Assembly (NCBI RefSeq): GCF_964355755.1
Contig: NC_092671.1
Span: 21,204,001-21,268,000, forward strand
From: Antedon mediterranea
Taxonomy: Eukaryota > Animalia > Echinodermata
Direction of reading: 5' to 3'
DNA: 64,000 bases
Part shown: positions 9,829 through 64,000 of the stretch, one piece after another
How the letters are laid out: each line of letters opens with the position of its first letter
Position numbering within the stretch: the stretch's first letter is position 1
Translations under genes and position numbers: made by a program
The notes under the pieces: generated by a model
The model's database searches: none
The model's input: the letters and a program-made list of their open reading frames with translations, nothing else
Told to the model about the DNA's origin: nothing

Positions 9829-12084
9829 CGGCGGACCATAGGAAATTTTTCCAAAATGGACTAGAATTCCAATTTATAAAATTCTAAAATTATGCTAAAA
9901 TATTGCCATTTATGCAAATATTGTGCTAACATCATCTTATAGAGCCATAGCAACTATTTATTTCAAAATATAAAAGGGTCGAAAATGGCAAAAATTGTCC
10001 ACTTTTTAAAATTAAATAATTATGATATAATATTGCCATTTATGGTCATATATTGTGTTAACATCATCTTATAGAGCCATCGTAACTAGTTATGTCAAAA
10101 AATAAAAGGGTCGAAATTTTGCCAATTTTGAAAATTTCCCTCTGTGGGACCATATGAATTTTTTCAAAAAATGACCAAAATTTCCATTTTTAAAAATTCT
10201 ATAATTATGCTATAATATTGCCATTTATGTACATATATTGTGTTAACATCATCTCATAGAGATATAGTAACTGCGGGGATCATAGGAAGTTTTTTGAAAA
10301 ACAAACAAAAAATAAACAAAATTTCCACCTTTTAAAATTGAATAATCAGGCTATAATATTGCTATTTATACAGATATATTTTGCTAACATCATCTTATAG
10401 AGCCATAGTAACTAGTTATGTCATCAAATAAAAGGGTCGAAATTTGGCATTCTCTGAAAATTTCCCTGCGGGGGACCATAGGAATTTTTTTCGAAAAATG
10501 GACAAAATTTCCACTTTTTAAAATTCGAAAATTATGCTATAATATTGCCATTTATGCAAATATATTGTGCAAACATCATCTTATAGAGCCATAGTAAATA
10601 GTTATATCAAAAAATAAAGCGTCGCAATTTCGACATTTTTGGAAAATTTTTCTGCGGGGGACCATAGGAATTTTTTCGAAAAATAACCAAAATTTCCACC
10701 TTTAAACTTCAATAATTAGGCTATAATATTGCCATTTATGCACATATATTGTGTTAACATCATCTTATAAAGCCATAGTAACTAGTTATGGCAAAAAATA
10801 AAAGGATCGAAATTTGGCCATTTTTCGAAAATTTTCCTGCGGGGGACCACAGGATTTTTTTCAAAAAAATAACCAAAATTTCCACCTTTTAAAATTCAAT
10901 AATTAGGCTATAATATTGCCATTTATGCACATATTTTGTGTTAACATCATCTTATAGAGACATAGTAACGAGTTATGTCAAAAAATAAAACGGTCGAAAT
11001 TTGGCCGAAAATTTCCCTGCGGGGGACCATATGAATTTTTTTCAAAAAATGGCCAAAATTTACACTTTTAAAATTCAATAATTATGCTATTATATTGGCA
11101 TTTATGCAAATATATTGTGTTAGCATCATCTTATAGAGCCATCCTAACTAGTTATGTCAAAATATAAAAGGGTCAAAATGTAACAATTTATCGAAAATTT
11201 CGCTGCGGAGGAACATAGGATTTTTTTCGAAAAATTGCCAAAATTACCACTTTTTAAAATTCAATAATTATGCTATAATATTGCCATTTATGCTCATATA
11301 TTGTGCTAACATCATCTTATAGAGATATAGCAACTAGTTATGTCAAAAAAATAAAAGGGACAAAAAATGGAAACATTTTCCACTTTTTAAAATTAAATAA
11401 TTATGCTATAATATTGCCATTTATAGAGATATATTTTGCTAACATCATCTTATAGAACCATAGTAACGAATTATGTCAAAAAATAAAAGTGTTGAAATTT
11501 GGCCATTTTTCGAAAAATTTCCCTTTCGAAAAATGGTCAAAATTTCCATTGTTTAAAATTGAAAAATTATGCTAAAATATTGCCATTTATGCAACAAATA
11601 TATTGTGCTAACATAATTTTATAGAGCCAGAGTAACTAGTTATGTCAAAAAATAAAAGGTGTTAAATTTGGCCATTTTTGCGAAAATTTCCCTGCAGGGG
11701 ACCATAGGAATTTTTTTCGAAAAATGGCCAAATATCCACTTTTAAAATTCAATAATTATGCTATTTCGCTGCGAGGATTTTTTTTCGAAAAATGGTCAAA
11801 ATGTTCATGGTTTAAAATAAAAAAAGTCTGCTATAATATTGCCATTTATGCAAATATATTGTGCTAACATCAGCTTATAGAGCCATAGTAACTAGTTATG
11901 TCAAAAAATAAAAGGGTCTAAATTTAGCCATTTTTCGAAAATTTCGCTGCGAGGATTTTTTTTCGAAAAATGGTCAAAATTTCCACTTTTTAAAATTCAA
12001 AAATTATGCTGTAATATTGCCATTTATGCACATACATACCTTTTTATTTTTGACTATGGCTCTATAAGATGATATTAACACTGT

Positions 12085-12869
12085 AGCTATTCTTAGCACT
12101 TTGGTGTTTTTATGTTAACAAGTTTTTTCAAAAATCACAAAATGTTCTAAGACGTCTCCAAATGCGATTTGAAGCTATTCTGTACACTTTGATGTTTTGT
12201 GTGAAAACATTTTGTCGAAATCCTCAAAATGGTCTGAAACGTTTTTAAATACCATATTAATCTATTTTGTTAACTTTGATGTTTTTGTGGGAAAAGTTTT
12301 ATCGAAATTCTCAAAATGGTCTAAAACGTCTCCAAATGCGATTTGAAGCTTTTCTAAGAACTTTGGTGTTTTTATGTTAACAAGTTTTTTTCGAAAATCA
12401 CAAAATGGTCTAAAACGTCTCCAAATGCGATTTGAAGCTATTCTGTACACTTTGATGTTTTGTGTGAAAAAGTTTTGTCGAAATGCTCAAAATGATCTAA
12501 AACGTTTTTAAATACGATATTAAGCTATTTTGTTCTCTTTGATGTTTGTGTGTGAAAAGTTTTATCGAAATGCTCAAAATGGTCTAAAACGGTTTCTAAT
12601 GTGATTTTAAGCACTTTGATGTTTTTGTGTAACTAAGTTTCATCAAAATGCACAAAATGGTCTAAAACGTCTCCAAATGCGATTTGAAACTATTCTTAGC
12701 TCTTTGGTGTTTTTATGTTAACAACTTTTTTCGAAAATTACAAAATGGTCTAAAACGTCCCCAAATGCGATTTGAAGCTATTCTGTACACTTTGATGCTT
12801 TGTGTGAAAAAGGTTTGTCGAAAATCACAAAATGGTCTAAAACGTCTCCAAATGCGATTTGAAGCTATT
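12085..12869 (-). repeat. Satellite A, inverted array
   Basis: Reverse complement of the 1-1042 monomers (AAAATGGTCTAAAACGTCTCCAAATGCGATTTGAAGCTATTC). Confidence 0.93.
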
Positions 12870-12973
12870 GTATAGTACAGGGATTTATAATAATAATAAC
12901 TGATACTTTAAATTGTTTCAATTTCAAGTGCTAGTTATTGCTGTCTCCAAGAACATTTTGATAGAAACGTCAA

Positions 12974-14262
12974 GCTCAACGGTTTTTTCGGAATGTTAGA
13001 AGTAACTTGCCATGTGTATCCGATTAAACGCCCCGGGCATTTATTGTCCAAAGGGGTTTTTAGGGGGAGGGGAGGCATCTTTATTTGGAGTATAATATGG
13101 TAACATGTATAATCAAATAAATACCACTTAGATGTAACAAAATACAGCACAATTAATATCAAAAAGTGAAAAAAATGCTTGGTAAATTGGAGATTATTGT
13201 AGTTAATGTAATGTGTTGTGATACAATTATTGTGTAAATGCATGTGGCGGGCGTATTCCACATGATGTTCTATTGGAGGGAATGGTGGCGTTTATTTGAA
13301 GGAGGCTTTTATTCAAAGCGGGTGTTAATTCGAATAAATTTAAATAATTATAATCGTTTCTCAACTGATAAAAGGTATTTTACATGATTCGTTTTCTTCT
13401 TTATGCTTTTTAACGAAATGTTTCTGTCTTTTAGAATAAAAGTGACACTGTTATAGATAACATTAAATGGATCTTCTCTTCCAGGTGCCAGTATAATGAT
13501 ATAAAACAATGACATATTATTATCTTGACACGATTGCACTCATAATGGATCTTCATTCTATCATCTGTATGTTTGTGACTACAATTTGACAACACTCTTT
13601 TGCATATTTTTAAACGCCAATACATAGTTTCATTACTATTGTACAATATGTCCAGCTTTCCTGAAAACAACCTTGTGTACTGTAGTATAGTGTTGTAGTA
13701 TGATTTTATCATGATAACTTCTGATGCTTTTATTGTCAATGCATTCAGTACCTAAAACATGTCAAAGTTTCTATTGGTATTGATAATAAATCTCCAGAAA
13801 CATATATTGTTTTATTATCTACACTGGGAACAGACATGTATAATATACACCGACAAAACTTATACATATTATGTACCGGTATAAGTTTTGTCGGTAACAT
13901 TAAAAAAAATTATGCAACAGTGTTACGGAATAATGACAATGAATTGGTCTATTATAGTTGTCTCTGATACCTTTTATTACATGATTGTACTTGCACCAGG
14001 ATAGAATGAGGTTTAATCCAGTTATTATTCTTATTATATTAATTAATTTCTTTTTAAATCTGGGATGTATTTATTTGATTATACATGTTACCATTATTAC
14101 ACCCAAACAAAATAAACGCCTTTCCTGAATAAATAAATGCCCGGGCCTTTTATTCGGGTAACTATGGTAAGTTACTTCTAGCATTCTTAACTGTTGAGCT
14201 CGAGTATTTATTCGAATTAACACCTACTTTGAATAAAACCCTCCCTCATATAAACGCCCTCC
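12974..14262. repeat. Degenerate inverted copies of a MITE-like unit
   Basis: 12974-13135 is inverted at 14058-14199, with a perfect 28-bp core (13097-13124 / 14067-14094). 13287-13339 is inverted at 14206-14258, with a perfect 19 bp (13321-13339 / 14206-14224). TAAACGCC / GGCGTTTA motifs recur. Confidence 0.7.
13849..13895. repeat. Perfect 17-bp hairpin with a 13-nt loop
   Basis: ACCGACAAAACTTATAC (13849-13865) and GTATAAGTTTTGTCGGT (13879-13895). Confidence 0.88.
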
Positions 14263-14947
14263 TTTATTTCTTGACATAACTAGTTACTATGGCTGTATAA
14301 GATGATGTTAACACAATATATGCGCATAAATGGATATATTATAGACTAATTATAGAATTTTGAAAATTGGATATTTTTGCCATTTTTCAAACAAATTCCT
14401 ATGGTCCCCCGCAGGGAAATTTTCGCCAAAATGGCCAAACTTCAAACCTTTTATTAGTCGCGTGGACGCGACTCTACAGTTCACTATGTCGGTCGGTCTG
14501 TCGGTCTGTCTGTCGGTCCGGTATCACTTTGCGTTTTATCGCTTTTCTGTACTTTTTGAACTGTTTTGATGTACAGAAAAGTTTTAAAGTACATTACTTT
14601 TTGAAAGTTCATTTATTTTTGAGAGCATGCAACTTATTGTTGTTGGCCTTGTTTTTTGACATAACGAGTTTCTATGGCTGTATAAGATGATGTTAACACA
14701 ATATATGTGCATAAATGGCAATATTATAGCCTAAATATAGAATTTAAAAAGGTGGAAATTTTGGTCGTTTTCGAAAAAAATCGTATGGTCCCCCGTAGGG
14801 AAATTGTTGCAAAAATGGCGAAATTTCAAACCTTTTATTTTTTGACATAACTAGTTACTATGGCTCTATAAGTTGATGTTTACACAACATATGTGCATAA
14901 ATGGCAATATTATAGTCTAATTATTGAATTTTAAAAGGTGGCAATTT
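14262..14947 (-). repeat. Satellite B, inverted array (interrupted by the 14456-14651 insertion)
   Basis: TTGACATAACTAGTTACTATGGC..TATAAGATGATGTTAACACAATATATG is the reverse complement of the satellite B unit. Confidence 0.9.
14456..14651 (+). mobile_element. Non-autonomous Helentron-like element (HINE / DINE-1-like)
   Basis: Inserted in a T-run of satellite B without a TSD. It has a 5' hairpin AGTCGCGT-GG-ACGCGACT (14456-14473), a GTCG/GTCT microsatellite (~14488-14518), and a decayed 3' subterminal repeat CATGCAACT (14626-14634) before ...GGCCTTG. Confidence 0.7.

Positions 14948-64000
<49,053 letters not shown>

Larger units (their letters stand above)
8801..12038 (+). repeat. Satellite B: ~185-bp unit with shorter (~100-145 bp) deletion variants
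   Basis: Recurrent ATTATGCTATAATATTGCCATTTATGCA...AACATCATCTTATAGAGCCATAGTAAC...CCTGCGGGGGACCATAGG, with unit starts at e.g. ~10345, 10531, 10714, 10901, 11081. Confidence 0.92.

Noticed and set aside
12935-13751. ORFs 12935-13261, 13348-13539 and 13431-13739 as a host gene
   Set aside because: No recognisable motif, partial overlap with repeats, and a candidate exon after the acceptor at ~13752 soon hits stops. A highly decayed pseudogene cannot be excluded.
14360-14690. ORFs 14360-14569 and 14367-14690
   Set aside because: They span satellite B and the HINE microsatellite junction, so they are artefactual.

Overview
AT-rich animal (probably invertebrate) repeat-dense, heterochromatin-like DNA with no intact host gene. 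(1) 1047-8766 is a decayed Kolobok DNA transposon with a TTAA target-site duplication and 19-bp AG...CT terminal inverted repeats (TIRs), inserted cleanly into an ~87-bp satellite. It carries a 13-exon DDE transposase pseudogene (+) and a convergent KolX / P2X7-ballast-like pseudogene (-). It also has a third, internal right-end TIR plus TTAA (6787-6808) whose TTAA supplies the KolX stop codon, which makes it a three-ended, possibly modular element and the most unusual feature here. (2) The rest of 1-14947 is a patchwork of two complex satellites in both orientations. It contains a 9-bp-TSD MITE carrying a tRNA-type A/B box, a Helentron-like (HINE/DINE-1-like) insertion and inverted MITE-like fragments. 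(3) 14948-64000 is one ~49-kb microsatellite-derived satellite (19-bp consensus GCTGATCTATCTCTCTCTC) with nested multi-kb higher-order duplications. All gene models and alignments were made by eye; no database search was run.
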